From the NCBI GenBank assembly GCA_034780895.1, contig JAUZTB010000057.1, positions 14,913,756-14,977,755 on the forward strand: a DNA stretch of 64,000 bases. Reading direction: 5' to 3'. Below are positions 12,396-25,970 of this stretch, piece by piece (within the stretch, counting starts at the first letter, position 1; each line of letters begins with the position of its first letter). A program made the position numbers and the translations under genes. This stretch comes from Rhynchobatus australiae. Its lineage: Eukaryota. The notes beneath the pieces are model-generated. The model was not told the DNA's origin. It saw only the letters and a list, made by a program, of their open reading frames with translations, and did not search any database.

Positions 12396-12961
12396 GTGGC
12401 AATATTGATTAAGGATGACATCATACCGCTAAATAAAACTAGCGAGGAAACACTTGCTACCAGTAGCAAGAATAGACACTTGCTGCTGACCTATGTAGAA
12501 AACATGAATTTACTTCCATGGATCTGCCAGTTCACCATTTAGGCTTGTGATGGTGATGTTGCACAGCAGTAGGGTCTTATGTAAATGCCACCACCTAATG
12601 AAGGCCTGCTCACAAAACGGCTGAAAGAATTTGTCAGATAATTCAACACCTACAGGCTTAGTCAACTGTCACATCTTTAAGACGTATACAATTCTTGATA
12701 GAGGGTCAATATACTCCCAGACAAACCCCATAAGCAATACTTTTGGGGCAGAGAAATGGGGAGGAGGATGGAAGATTTGCCTACAACACTTTTCCAACAC
12801 AAGTAGAAACTGAATGGATTCAAGTTCCATGCAAATTCTGGCCCACAAGTTTTGGTGATCAATTCTACTTCCAGCCTCCCACTCCACTGTGATGTCTGAT
12901 TCAATACCTTGTGAAAATTATACAAGGAGTTAAGGTTTGGAATTCCACAGAAGGTACTTAC

Positions 12962-13084
12962 CCTGTAGAATGATATGGCTTTCTCTCTGTCCTGCGACCC
13001 ATTAAAAAATACATCTCCTGCAGCTTCTAAAATTTCCATTGCAAAATCCAATCTTTCAGTGCTCATAGCAGCATCGTGGGCAAC
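12962..13084 (-). CDS. SH3TC1: Internal coding exon of SH3 domain and tetratricopeptide repeat-containing protein 1 (TPR region), 41 aa
   Basis: Acceptor ttttaag|GTT, donor AGG|gtaagt, 123 nt, phase 0-0. Encodes VAHDAAMSTERLDFAMEILEAAGDVFFNGSQDREKAISFYR, which matches recalled human SH3TC1 [41 protein letters not shown] in length and motif. It fits SH3TC1 better than SH3TC2 (REKAxSFYR versus HRHHAVEYYR). Confidence 0.88.
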
Positions 13085-16000
13085 CTTAAAATTATATTTA
13101 CAAGTATATGAAAACCACTATTAACACAATGCAAATTGCAGGGAAAAAGAAAGGAAAATAGTCAGAAACCAAGTTCCAAAGTTGCTGACGGCTTTTCACT
13201 GATTATCATCAAGTTAGTAAAAAGCTATTTAACCACAGTGGATTTCTCTAGCTAATGGCCACCCTTACTTAGTTTTGCATCCACATTGAAACACTTCCTG
13301 AATAATAAGTTCTTATGAATATCTTGTGCTTTTAGCTGGCTTTAAATGCACACATGCTTGGGAAATTAAAAATAATGTTGTGTCCTGGATAAGCCCAGGA
13401 AAGCCCTCCGCCCTTCCCCATCCCTGACTGCAGGCAGGGTTTACGGGTTTCCTGCATGTAACATTCCGAAGTTGTCCAACTGCCAAAGATCAGTGGCTTC
13501 TTTCCTCAATCACTTTTCACGCATTTTTTGAGGCTGCTAACCAGATCAGCTGAGGTAAGGCTCATTTATGAATACCAGAATCTTTGACTTGAGAGAAAAG
13601 TTGTAAGTTTTAGCCTAGTTGGTCTGAATGTTTTTGTTTCACTGTGGGAGGAACATATATTCCACAGTTATGCAAGGCAATGAGTTATGTTAACAATAGC
13701 ATTCTGAATGGTAGAACAGAAGCTGTAAGGTAGAAATTACTTTTCTCGTGATATGATGTATCCATCTCATAAAACCAGCAGCACTCAAACTTGTTCTGTG
13801 GGAACTAAGGCTTTCTAACACTTCTCACTCTTTATAAAAGCAGGTGACTAGTTTCCCTTAACCAAATAATTTTATTAAGATTGTATATTATAAATATTCT
13901 CAACATTATTTCAGATCTCTTAAACAATTCTACTGTTACATCATAGTTGCTATCAACAAATGTTCTTCAGATAGTCAGTCCTGACAAATGTACTTGGTGA
14001 ATTTCAACTGACCAGTCTGAGAAGCTCTCCAATGGCAGTCCCAATGTTCTACCTCCTGCTCTTTATCTTCATTGCCCATTGGCATGAGAGTCTAATCAGC
14101 ATCAAGACTTGTCCATGACAGGGTGCCAAAGCTGCACTCTCCTTAGTCACTAGACATTGCTGCCATCTTGTTTCATTTTTACCTTGATGCATCGGCCTGG
14201 ACTGCCAGCTTCTGATGTTATCAATTTATTCCACACGGCAAGATTTTTCAATCTATTGTATCTTTGTGGATTATAAATTGCCCTTCTGTTGTCACAAGAC
14301 AGATCAGAACAATCCAATTAGTTTTGATAGTTTTCCATACCTGTTCTAATACTTTAAGGGTTTTTTTTTCCATTTTGGGGGAATGCCACAGTTACAACTG
14401 TTTACAACTTAAAACATTTCAAACATGTTATAGACTAAAACCCTGCACATTGCCTTTTTGCACTATCCACACATCTACATTTATAGGTGATTTACTATCA
14501 CCTACTTTTCATAAGATTTATTAATGTANNNNNNNNNNNNNNNNNNNNNNNNNNNNNNNNNNNNNNNNNNNNNNNNNNNNNNNNNNNNNNNNNNNNNNNN
14601 NNNNNNNNNNNNNNNNNNNNNNNNNNNATAGATCTTCCCATTTCTATTTTCCTAACTGCCTTAGTGGGATCATTTCAATGTCATTCCTAAACCAATAACT
14701 GGTCCTTTTTAAATTTTCTGCCTCTTGTATCACCGCCAGTAAATTATTTCCAGTCACCTCCCAGCTGCAGAGGTTACAACTAGTGGTCATATCACATCCA
14801 CCCTCACCCTTAATTATCTGAGAGTCTGGTTAAGAAACTTGATTCATAATCAGAACTCAGTTCACGGTCATTGCTAATTGTACACTATTAATGAGGAGTC
14901 AGTCCTATCATGGTTCAAGATGCATTCATTTCTACTTTTTACCTGAATGGAGGGTTATATTATTTATTCCGTCACAGGTTCAAGTGATAAACATAATGCC
15001 TCTCCATTCTTTGTTGTCATTATTTTAATGTTTGGTTGTCAATTCCAGTTGTTGTGCATTTGGGCATCCTTCATAATTAAAGCAACTATCTTTTTCTATA
15101 AGCCTCAGAAAACATTGCCTATGTCTCTGGACTCTGGTCACACACATAATGTTGGTCACTTTCTAAGGAAACAAAAAATTAATGCCAATTATTTACATCA
15201 TCTCCCTTGAGGTTTGGGAATGGAGAGTCCTCTGATGCCTAGATGGGGTTTTGACTAGCAAGGAACTTTGGATTTTTCCATTTGTTCCACATTCCAGAGG
15301 TTGGACGTCAGTGCCCTGGGCTTATTCACTACTTGGCCTCCTACCAGCATCTCCATGGTACTGCACTGTCTGTTTTATCACTGGATCACTTCATTAACGT
15401 AGCCATGGTCTGCACTGGGGTTCACTTCTATATCTGGTGGAGAGTATTCCTCCTTTGTCTGTAGCTGTGAACAATCTCTTGAACGCTTTGGCTCCAGAAG
15501 CAAATAGAATTAACTTCTTTTGCTCATCCTCAGGCTACGGCACCTCAAACTCACTCTGAAGTGACATTCCACCCCTACTCTTTGACCTACTTGTGCCCCA
15601 GACTGACTTACAATGCTGATAGGTTCCTGGATGGTGGGGTGGCTCAATTTCCATTCAATCATTCCCTTGCACATCTGCTCCATCCATCAGATCACCAACT
15701 AGAAGTTCTTAATTATTGCAGCCATTCCTCAATGTGCAAAAAGCATATACTACTAAAAAAAAAATCAACAAGCAAAATTTCAAAAACTGAAAAGGCTGGG
15801 AATTTTGATACAGTGTATTTCGATAGTCAGAGAGAGACATATTTTCTATCTTAGTGAAAAATAGCTTTGTAAATTGAAGATGCCTACCCGAAAGACTTAA
15901 TGGCATTATGACAAAAATTTGTCAAACCATTCTTTGTAAATTAAGGACCTACTGTATTCACTGCCATGTAACTACACCTCTGGGTACCTATGAGCATCAA

Positions 16001-17756
16001 TAAGCCTCACTCCCTTCTCTTGCTGGACAAGTCCTTCCAGTTCTATGATTTACCTGTTATACTCTGTGTGATCCCTGCATTCATTCTCCCGGTTCTGCAA
16101 AATACTTAAGGGTTTACAGCATCCCTTTCCTTCCTTCATTTCCTGCTTCATAGAACCTTCCAATTCTTCAACAGCCTGTTTGGGGTAGAACTCTACCTAT
16201 GCATTTCCCTTTTCTGCATTGATGTCCCTTGAATTATTTGTTATCTATTCAGAAATCAATTGATTTTATTTCAAAGCACTCTGGGCATCAGTATTTGCCT
16301 TGAAATGCAAAATCATACCGCAGTCACCTAAAATTATAGGAGCACACTCTTTCTGGCCTTTCTCCCTTTATAGAACTTTGGCTTCACAATTACAAGAAAA
16401 TTAAGATTCAGGTAACTTAGATTGTGTGTTACACCTCCTACAAATAATACCTTCACCACTATTACAATTTTCTTAAAACTATTGTTACAGTTCCCCAAAT
16501 TTGTTACAAACATCCCTTGGATGGCCAGTGTAGACTAAATGTACATAACAAAGTATTTTCTGTCCATATTGACCATCTGTGTTGAGCTGACCTGATTGCA
16601 ACTGCAGAGCCGATATTCCTACCTTCCTCGCTTTATCCTCATGGTGCACTGATGTGGGGGCATGATCAGTCTTACGACTGTTTCCTGACTAATCACCTCT
16701 GTGGTGTTCTCCTTACTGATTGACCTTCAATATACCATGCTTCTTTGATGTCATCTTACCAGTTTCTAGCTTCTGGCATAGGAGCTGAGGGCAATGTGTC
16801 AATGTCTCTTCATCTATTGTTCCCTTGTAAATTGTAAACTTTCATAATTCAGAATAGTCCAAGGTTCTCATCTAATAGTTTTCCACAGCTACACTGTCAC
16901 TGACTTTGTCCTCATTTGGGGGATTAGAAGGATAATTCTACAATCTGCAGACTTCTATTAAACATATTATTTTAATACCCCTTTGATTCCTGGCACTGCG
17001 AACATGTAAGCTAAAATTTGGCTTCTGCTTGAAATAATTAAATACACTCTCAAAATTGCCATTCCATCAAAGTACAATTCTCTGAATCCGCATACAGTGC
17101 TCACCAACCATTTGATTCTACTACAAGCTGCCCCGAAAGAGAATGCCCATCCTCAAGGGACTTCCTTTACAGATTAATTGAGCATTCCACTACCAAATGA
17201 AAATGCATTTGAAACAATGTACAATAACAGTAAGGTACCTTTTTCACTCAAAACATTTCAAATTCCTTTCCTTTGAGGCAGAAGAAACAGCTTACAGGCA
17301 TATTCTTTAAGTTCAATATCTTGCCCATTGTGATCATTGAGTAAAGCCATGCAAAGGTTGGCTTGCTTTAAATAATCCTCCTTTTCTGTAAGCAGCAGAA
17401 AAGTTTAATTGGTCTACCAGAGACTTAAATTCCTCTTAAGGAAAAAGTGTGTTTTTTTTTATATAAATGATAACTTTTCAGGAATAACTTGCAAGAATAT
17501 ATGGCTTTGAAACAAGCATTTTTTTCAGTAAGTGATTTTGTGAGCAGGTCATTATTTACAGAAGAAAAACAGGCATTCTGTATTATTCATTTAAGAGCAT
17601 TTTACCCAGAATCGTTTGTTAATCAAAGTTTCTAAAATTTACAACTTCTAACACCCTACTGTTGTACTTTGTTTTAAATGCAGTTTCAGCTGGTGGTAGA
17701 ATGGTAGATTAATCTGTAAATTCAGTCCCTTTAGTTGAAATCATGCTGTGTAATGA

Positions 17757-18015
17757 CTTAAGAAACGGGAGCAGGAGTAGACTAAATGTCTCCTCCAGTC
17801 TGTTCCACCATTCAGTAAGATCATGGCCGATCTGACCTTGGCCTCAACTCCACTTTGCTGCTTGCTCTTGATAACCTATGGTTTACCCACAGTCCAGAAA
17901 CCTGTCTCTCCCAACCTTGAATATACTGCATCCACAGCTCCAAGGAATAGAGAATCCAAAGCTTCTCAACTTCTGAGAGAAGAAATTCCTCCCTAATTCG
18001 GTTTCAAATGGGCTT
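17757..18015 (-). mobile_element. CR1 3'-end fragment
   Basis: ggagcaggagtag...ccattcagtaagatcatggccgatctg...gagaagaaattcctcc is a reverse CR1 tail. Confidence 0.8.
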
Positions 18016-18429
18016 GTCCATATGAACATCCTCTGTTACTGTTTGAAAAAAGATAAACTGTCTAAACTTAACAGGCCTCATTCTTTTGTTAAAATAATCA
18101 ACAAAAACATTTCATGCAAAAAGGTTAACAATCTTAGAATATACATCAGTCGTGGGATTTCACTGAAGGTTTGATGTGGATTGGCACTCCCCACGACAAG
18201 AGTGATGACTGCTTCATATTCTTAGTTTGTGAGCAATTCCAGTTGTGAGAAATCTGTCCAGAGATTTACTATCTTTGTATAAAAAGGGCTGACAGTTGCT
18301 TTGACTTCTGTGCCAACATGTGAATCTGGGAACTGGGAACTTGCTTTTTTTCAAAGTCAACACAGATGATGCATAGAAAAATGCTACAGCTCATACAGAT
18401 ACACTGACCCTGCAAAGTGTAAGTACAAA

Positions 18430-18690
18430 TTACCCAATTGAACTAATCAAATTGATAATGAGAACCCCAAGGACAAGTTCATGGAATGTATTTGGGAGCA
18501 TGCATTTAATCACAGAGCATGCAATTTCAGATCTGGTATTGTTTTGTGAGACAGGAATAATTAATGATTTCATAATGAAGGATCACCCATGATAATATAA
18601 TCATAGTATGGTAGAATTTCATTTGGGGAACGTAGTTTGAATCTGGTATCCTCAACTTAAATGAAACCACCTACAGTGGTATGAGATAAA
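18430..18690 (+). mobile_element. CR1 ORF2 endonuclease-region fragment
   Basis: Degenerate AISDLVLFCETGIINDFIMKD...NHSMVEF corresponds to the APE-domain motif AILDLVLCNE...SDHNMVEF. Confidence 0.6.
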
Positions 18691-19084
18691 ACCAGGAAGT
18701 GTTTGAAGCACTTAGCAGATCAGGCAGCATCTGTGAATTGATTTAGCTAAAGACTGAGTTCTGTGATGCTGGGGATGTCATGAGGAAGCCAAAATGGATG
18801 ATCCAATTGGTACTTCTATCTAAATGTGGTTGCAAATGTTTCACCCTTGTTCTTTGCTCTCATGCTGGGCCCCATCTTCATGTTGAAGATAGGTATGCTC
18901 TTGGAGTCTCCTTCTCCTATTAGTTGTTTAATCACATTCGTGATGAGATTTTGCAGGACTGCAGAACTTGGATCTGATCCATTAGTTGACGGATCACTTA
19001 GCTCTACCAAATGCATGTTGTCTTTGCTGTTTAGGATTTATACAGTATTATGTAGCAGCTTCAACAGGTTTACACCTCATTACA

Positions 19085-19300
19085 GATCAATAGATAGATT
19101 TCCACCTTCAAGAGGCATGAGTGAGGCAGCTGGATTGTTATAACAATCCAATAGCATTATGGCCATCTTGACTAATGCCAATTCTTTTAAAATTCCAAAC
19201 AGTAGCTGCCATGGTAGGACTTAAACTTGGGTTTCTAAATTGTTAATCCTCTGAATTATCAGTCTGGTAACTGAACCACTTCTCTACTATCATACCATCT
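19085..19300 (-). mobile_element. Old tRNA-derived SINE fragment
   Basis: aaattccaaacagtagctgccatggtaggacttaaac...agtctggtaactgaaccact resembles a reversed tRNA-like head of a common elasmobranch SINE. Confidence 0.45.
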
Positions 19301-21239
19301 TCAACAATCCAACAGAAAGATTACCAGCACCCAGTCTTGAAAGTCTTCATGCATTTTTGTCATTTCACATGAAGAGAACCGAATTTCCTGGACACTACCA
19401 ACAATGATAGTGGGGCCTAGAGATGGTGAAGAGTGAGATCATTCACTGATCACATTTGGCTGAACTACAACCTTTCCTCTTGTAGTCATGTGGCAGGCCC
19501 CACCATAGTTAAGGATAGAAATGTTCTTTCTTGCTTCTCAACCTGACTGCCCATCATTACTTTCAATAGGTTACAGAATTTTGTCCTTATGTGTTGTACT
19601 CCTCTGAGGAACAATATATCAGGGGAAAGATAAGTATGTTCCATTGCTGAGTCAATGTTTTAGCCGATACTGGTGTAAATGCTTTGTATGGAAATTGTTT
19701 TCCATTAATCAGAGACCATAAAAAATGTATAAAACCAAGATAGTAATTTACAAATTCCTTTGCTACTTCTTATGGTGGTGAAGCAGAGTTGCATGTTTTT
19801 CTACATTGTTTTTCTAAGTCCCATAGGCATGGCAACCTTCTAATCCAAGATTCATAGAGCAACTGTGAAAGTCCCTGCATGCCATGGCACAACTAATCTA
19901 TTGCAAGATCGCATGGCTCCCAGCGCTTCATCTCAGAGCTGTGCAGCAGGAAGCTAACTCTTAAAGGGCACAATCTAAGCAGCATCTTCCAGCTGCTTCA
20001 AGAACAGATGCTACAGTGATGGGAGAAGGAAGGTAAAATGCTCCCTGGGCATGGTAGGATATGGTCAGGCTGTAGGAGGCATGTTCTTTGTGGAATGGGG
20101 ATACAGAAACCCTCGAGGGCTACGGCCAGGTGATCCAGGCATGAGGTTGCCAAAAAGCTCTATGTAAGGAGTANNNNNNNNNNNNNNNNNNNNNNNNNNN
20201 NNNNNNNNNNNNNNNNNNNNNNNNNNNNNNNNNNNNNNNNNNNNNNNNNNNNNNNNNNNNNNNNNNNNNNNNNCATGGTCACAATTTTTTATGATATTTT
20301 CATATTTTGTTTTACAATTTCACAGTGCAAAAATGGAGAAATGTATTTGGTTGAAGGTATTTTTGTTGGTGTTAATTAATCTTTGAACATGAGGTACAGA
20401 ATCCACAGACTCCAGTAAAATAAAAGCCGAGGGTCTGTGCTTTTATTTAATGATTTCTTTTCACCAGAACTCCTCTGAAGTCAAAAGGCAAGCAGAATAA
20501 ACACTGATGTACCCGCTGTAAAAGAGAGACCTGCATGTTCAGTCACCAGAAGTAAAAAGGGCTAATCAGCATCTCGCTAACAATACACTCATGAGCCTTG
20601 TTGGCTGTTATAAGCAGGCAAGGGAAATAAAACACTGTCTGAGGAAGATTTCTAAAATCAGGAAAGAATACTATTTGCAGTGATTTTTGAGAATGATCAG
20701 GGAGAAGAAAGTTATAATTGAGAACATGTGAGTGAGCTCATCTATCCAATATCCCCCAAGAGACCTACCTCTATTGCTAATGCAGTTTCTGAGCTCTAGA
20801 ATCATTTTGTGCTATTTTATTTAATTTTCTACCAGCTTCCCTCGACTTCCTCGTTCTGCTACCTCAGAGCGACAGGCAAAGGGGTTTCTCCCAGGTCATA
20901 AGATGGGATTTCAGATCCTGCTATCCTGATCGGCAGTGCTGCTGCCTAACGGTATTTAACAGNNNNNNNNNNCATTAGCTTGTGCACTCTAATTTGTGCT
21001 GTGGCACCAATGTTAAACAGTGTTCATCGGGTCCTTGTTAAATGATTGATGTTGTAACCAGGCAGTCAGTAATGTGTCACTAAACTGGTGATATCACAGA
21101 GACTCTTCTCAGGGTTACTGAGAAAATAACCTTCTCTTTGAGCCTGCTCTTCCACTGACACTGACTTCCCCTGGCATTAATATGTGTTACTTAGCCAGTC
21201 ATTCTCAAGACTGGGGTCCTCTTACTGAGTTTCAACAGG

Positions 21240-21700
21240 CTAGCCAACACTACCATGATCATCTGGTTGCCACACTATAGGAAAAACTTGATTGCATTGG
21301 AGAGGACGGATTCACTTGGACGTTGCTCGGGATGAAATGTGTCAATTGTGAGGAGAGACTGGATTTGTTTTCTTTGGAGCAGAGGGAGGATTGACAGAGG
21401 TATGCAGGATTAGGAGAAGCCGAGACAGCATCAATAGTAAGAAGTTTCTCCCCACGGCAGAGGTATCTAAAGTTAGAGGGCATAGGTTTGAGATGAGGCT
21501 TAGGGGGATCTGAGGGATCCCCACTGATGACTCCTCTCCACTGAGCGAGTGGAGGCAGAGACTCCCACAACATTTAAGAAGAATCTGGACAAGCACTTGA
21601 ATTGCCAAGGCAGAGTAGGCTGGTAAATAGGATTAGTATAGATAAGTACTTTGAGGTGGGCCAAGGGGCCTGTTTTGATGCTGTATGACTCTCTGATTCT
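21240..21700 (+). mobile_element. CR1 3' fragment
   Basis: Degenerate PHYRK..IALER...ERLDLFSLEQRE and tail gggcctgttttgatgctgtatgactctctgattctatg. Confidence 0.85.
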
Positions 21701-21799
21701 ATGAAAAGATTCCGGCAGACTGCAAAGGCACAAATATTTGTGATAGGAAGGAGAAAGAAAGTAAGATACTGTCGGCATGTTAGTAAAACATCTGTCATT

Positions 21800-22930
21800 A
21801 GGAATCAGAAGAAATCTGTCACTGGAATCCATTATTAAGGAAATGTTAGCAAGACATTTAGAAAGTAATTGATAATGAGCAAGGTAGATAAAGGGAATTC
21901 AGTAGATGAAGTGCATTTGGATTTCCAAAAGGCATTTGATAACATGTAATAAGTTACTGCACAAAATAGGACTTGAAGTTGTTGTGCATACAATGTTAAG
22001 ATGGGTTGGTTAATTAATATTAAACAGAGAATAGGGATTAATGGGTGATTTTCATGTTGGCAAGCTGAAATTAGTAAATTAGTCAGGTGCTACAGGATCT
22101 GTATATTACATATTAATGACTTCGATGAAGGGACCAAGAAGGAGATGGAAAACCAGAGAAGACAAGGGGATATAGATAGGTAAAGTGAGTGGGGCAAAAA
22201 TTTAGCAGATTGAGTATAATGTGAGGAAGTATGAGAGACTACAGAAATGGAGAGCATAAACAGTGGGATTTTAAAGTCCTCTTGCAGAAAACCAGAAAGT
22301 TAATATGGAGGTACAGAAAAAAAAATGGGGAAATGAAATGTTGACCTTTATTGCAAAAGTTTGGAGCAAGTCTTACTACAGTTGTGCAGAGGATGGATGA
22401 GACCACACCTAGATTGCTTCGTACAGTTTCGAGTTCCTGATTTAAAGAAGGATATATTTTCATTTAAAGGATGTAAAGGGAAAGTTCCCTAATTTGATTC
22501 CTCGGGTGAAGGGGTTGTTATATGAGGAAATATTCAGTACATTGGATTTGCACCAATTAAACTTTCGAGGAACATTAGATGATTTTATTGAAACTTGTCA
22601 GTTTCTAAAGCTTGACATGATAGATCTTGGAAGAATATTTCCCATCATGAGGATATCTGGAACTAGTTTCAGAAAAAGGGGATACCCCTATAAGGCTTTG
22701 TGAATCCTTGGAATTTTCTACACTAGACAACCGTGAAGGCTGAATTATTGAATCTATTCAAGGATTAGGGTTAGGCCAAGAAAGACAGATTTTTGATCTA
22801 TAGGGAAAACAAGGGTGAAAGGAAATAGACGGGAAAGTAGAGTTGAGGCCAAGGTTAGATCAGCCATAATAATGGAATAACTTTGAGGGGCCAGATGGCC
22901 AACTACAGCTTCTATTTCTCATATTCTTAT
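21800..22930 (+). mobile_element. Decayed CR1 RT to 3' tail
   Basis: KVDKGNSVDEVHLDFQKAFD motif at about 21880-21940; tail ggccaactacagcttctatttctcatattctt. Confidence 0.85.
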
Positions 22931-24646
22931 AAATCCTGTAGGATGAACCGCTCTATACCTTCTCTCACATGGTTGCTATGGCGGCCTGTGATGTTTCTGA
23001 TGCCTCTGGTCCACCAACATGTGACTGAGGTGTTAAAATCTCTATCACAAGCCAGTTTGGAGTGCGGAAAAGTTATTGAACATGCAAAGAAAGCCCAGTC
23101 TTAAGTGTGAGCAGTGAGTCGAGTAAGCTGTAAGACTACTGAGTGCTGTGGGAGCAACCTGCCAAAGAACATGGGTTGAGTGAAGGACTTTTAAATGGCA
23201 CAATTTCAGAGCAACCATAGTTAGTAAACAAAAGCTATTATTTTCCACTCCAGCGTGTAACAAAAAAAGCATTAGAGATGAATACTCTACATTGTACCAT
23301 TGCTGATGTCATTTGGGGGATTATAATGCCAGAACAATATTTCCATTGCTAACAAAATTCCTGGCAGAAAGTCAGGTGAAGACTTTCTCTTTGGCCTCTA
23401 AAAGATCTGGGAATGGATGCAAATTTGCTCCAAGCCCAGTTAAACCCAGTTTCAACCACAGAGCATTGTTTTTTTTAATCAATGTTGTGAATAGGAATTT
23501 CTCAGTCCATGCCTCTTCCCACAGATTTTGGAGTTTACTTACGAAATACTGCAACAAGTATTAACATCTTAAAGAAACGAAAAGTTAACTTTGTCACTTA
23601 CACACTGAATAGTTCACCCAAGAACTAGTGGAAGCGCAGGTGATTATTCAGTTCACTGAACCTCCCTTTTGTGATAATGAATTTTGGATGTTTGCATTGT
23701 NNNNAAAAGCCACAGACAAGCTTAATATCTAAATAATCTTATGACATTTATTGTAGCACACACTTTGCATATAGAGAAAAGAGAAAATGATACCATAACC
23801 CTGGCTGAAGATCATATACATTTAAAGTCAGTGAAACACTCCAGGTCTGTAAATGCAACCACATGTTTCACAGTTTTGTTTTTCTTTCTTTTTCCTAAAA
23901 AAATATTTTATTAAATCATACTTCATAACACATGTTGCTTTTATATTCTTTCAAGGAAACACGTGACCTTCTTCCAACTGGGCAGAGCTGCAATCAAAAC
24001 ATAGGCTATGAACATGGAAACCAGTGGCCTTAAAATGTTAGATACCTTGAGGCCTTGACCATCTTTCATGAAGTTGCATTAGAAATTCTAAGATTGTAAA
24101 CCTTTTCAAGTACGCTAATAGAAAAGGTCACAATGAGGAGTTAAAGCAACCGCTCATGCAGACTAAGTTAGTAAACCAAGGTTTGATCTGTCGTCCCACC
24201 GACTTCAAAGATCCTAAAACTTGCAGCATACAATATTAAGTATTAAGTAATATATTTTTCAAATCTAATTTTATGGTAATAGTACAAAAATAACAAGGGT
24301 TAAAATCTGACACCCTACTAATCAGGGTTACTACAAAGTTAATATTAAAATATTAAACATTTAATATTACAATGCCCATTTATCAAAAGCTGTCCAATTT
24401 TCTACCCAAAATAATGCTGGCCTCTTATATTGTTATCTTTAAAATTTATTTGGGAGCGCTGCCATTTCAGTTAAATTAACACTTATAACTATAGTGAAAC
24501 AATGAGATTTTTTTTTAATAACATAGGAAGCCATTCAGCCTATTAANNNNNNNNNNNNNNNNNNNNNNNNNNNNNNNNNNNNNNNNNNNNNNNNNNNNNN
24601 NNNNNNNNNNNNNNNNNNNNNNNNNNNNNNNNNNNNNNNNNNNNNN

Positions 24647-24905
24647 CATAGGAAGCCATTCAGCCTATTAAGTCTATGCCAGCTTTCAGAGCACTCCCTC
24701 CAATCCCATTCCACCATTCTCTCACGTACCCATCAACACCACCCTGATTCTCCCCTCACCTGCCTACAATGGGGTCAATTACTGTGGCCAATTAACCTTC
24801 CAGTACATCTTTGGGAGGTGGGAGGTAACCGCAGGGTCACAGGGAGAACGTGCAATATCCATCCAGATGACATCAGGATTAAACCCCAGTTGCTGGAGTT
24901 ACTAG
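24647..24905 (-). mobile_element. V-SINE/HE1-like SINE
   Basis: ggccaattaaccttccagtacatctttgggaggtgggagg...ggtcacagggagaacgtgcaa is the reverse V-domain, with a CR1-derived tail. Confidence 0.75.
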
Positions 24906-25769
24906 GCATAAGTCTGTCACTTAAAGTAGAATATTTGCAATGGACCCCTGCTTCAAAGGGCACACCGCTTGCTGTTTTGCTGGTTATGGAATACTATAGA
25001 AAACATAGTAACTTGGCCTCAGTTTCTATCCATACCTTCAGGTGTTACCTCCTTGGGCATTCTTGTTGCTGAGGTATCATTTCTATGTAAAAGCCCAAAT
25101 TAACTGATAGAAAATTCCCATCTTTTTTGATAAACAAACCTGAGTTGTTGAATGATGAAACAGGCTTGAGGGGTGTTCAGTTCTACTCCAGTTTCTATTT
25201 CTTGCACAACATCTCAAGAACTTGATTAATGTAGTTAAGTAAAGAAAAAAATAGATATATTCTAAAGTCTGTAGTTGTAGGAATACTATTGGACAGAAAG
25301 CTTTAATCTGAAACATTGATCTGTTTCCCACAAATGCTGACTGACTGGCTGGGTGTTTGCAATATTTCTGGTATCTTTCTGATGACTGGATTGCTGTTTC
25401 TTCAAAGTTGTCACAGGCAGTTGTTGAACTATTCAAGGATAAGCAAAGGTAGATTTTATATTTCTGAAAGATGTGCTTATTAGGCAGATATACGTCCATG
25501 GAAAACAATTTTGCAATTTTCCAATTAAACAGTGATATTTACAGTGGTCATGTAAACAAAGGTGAAAATACAATGTTGTACTGATACATATTATTGTATT
25601 TACTGAGAAGATTAAGACTTGATGTAACATGTCCACAGATGTAACAGGTCCACAGCATGGACTTTTGTTGTGAAACGAAAAGTTAACTTTGTCAGCTGTT
25701 ATGATTAATAAAGTGTTCTTTAATATTTGGTATCTAGAATTGAATTGAACCTACAGCAAACTCAATCAG

Positions 25770-25970
25770 CAAGCAGGACAAGAGATGCAGACACATTAAA
25801 ATACCATCATCTCCAAGTTCACATACATACTGAGTTGAACATGTATCACCATTCTTTCAGCATCACTGGGTAAAAGACTGTAACTTCCTACCTCACCACT
25901 GTGGGTGTACCTTCACAACACAGCCTGCAGTAGTTTAAGGAGCCAGTTCAGCCACACCTTCTCAAGGACA
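25770..25970 (+). mobile_element. Old LINE 3' fragment (same family as 505-835)
   Basis: ctccaagttcacatacatactgagttgaac...cactgtgggtgtaccttcac...ccacaccttctcaagg. Confidence 0.55.

Noticed and set aside
12677-12961. ORF continuation beyond the SH3TC1 exon
   Set aside because: Homology stops exactly at the gtaagt donor; the rest is intron read-through.
17296-17385. 90-nt minus-strand exon-like segment (KEDYLKQANLCMALLNDHNGQDIELKEYA) with good splice sites
   Set aside because: Open only in phase 1-1, which is incompatible with the phase-0 SH3TC1 exon downstream, and no recognisable homology.
24522-24671. Direct repeats flanking gaps of about 100 N (also near 10676/10788, 27667/27788, 49402/49521)
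   Set aside because: Contig-end overlaps from scaffolding, not biological repeats or TSDs.
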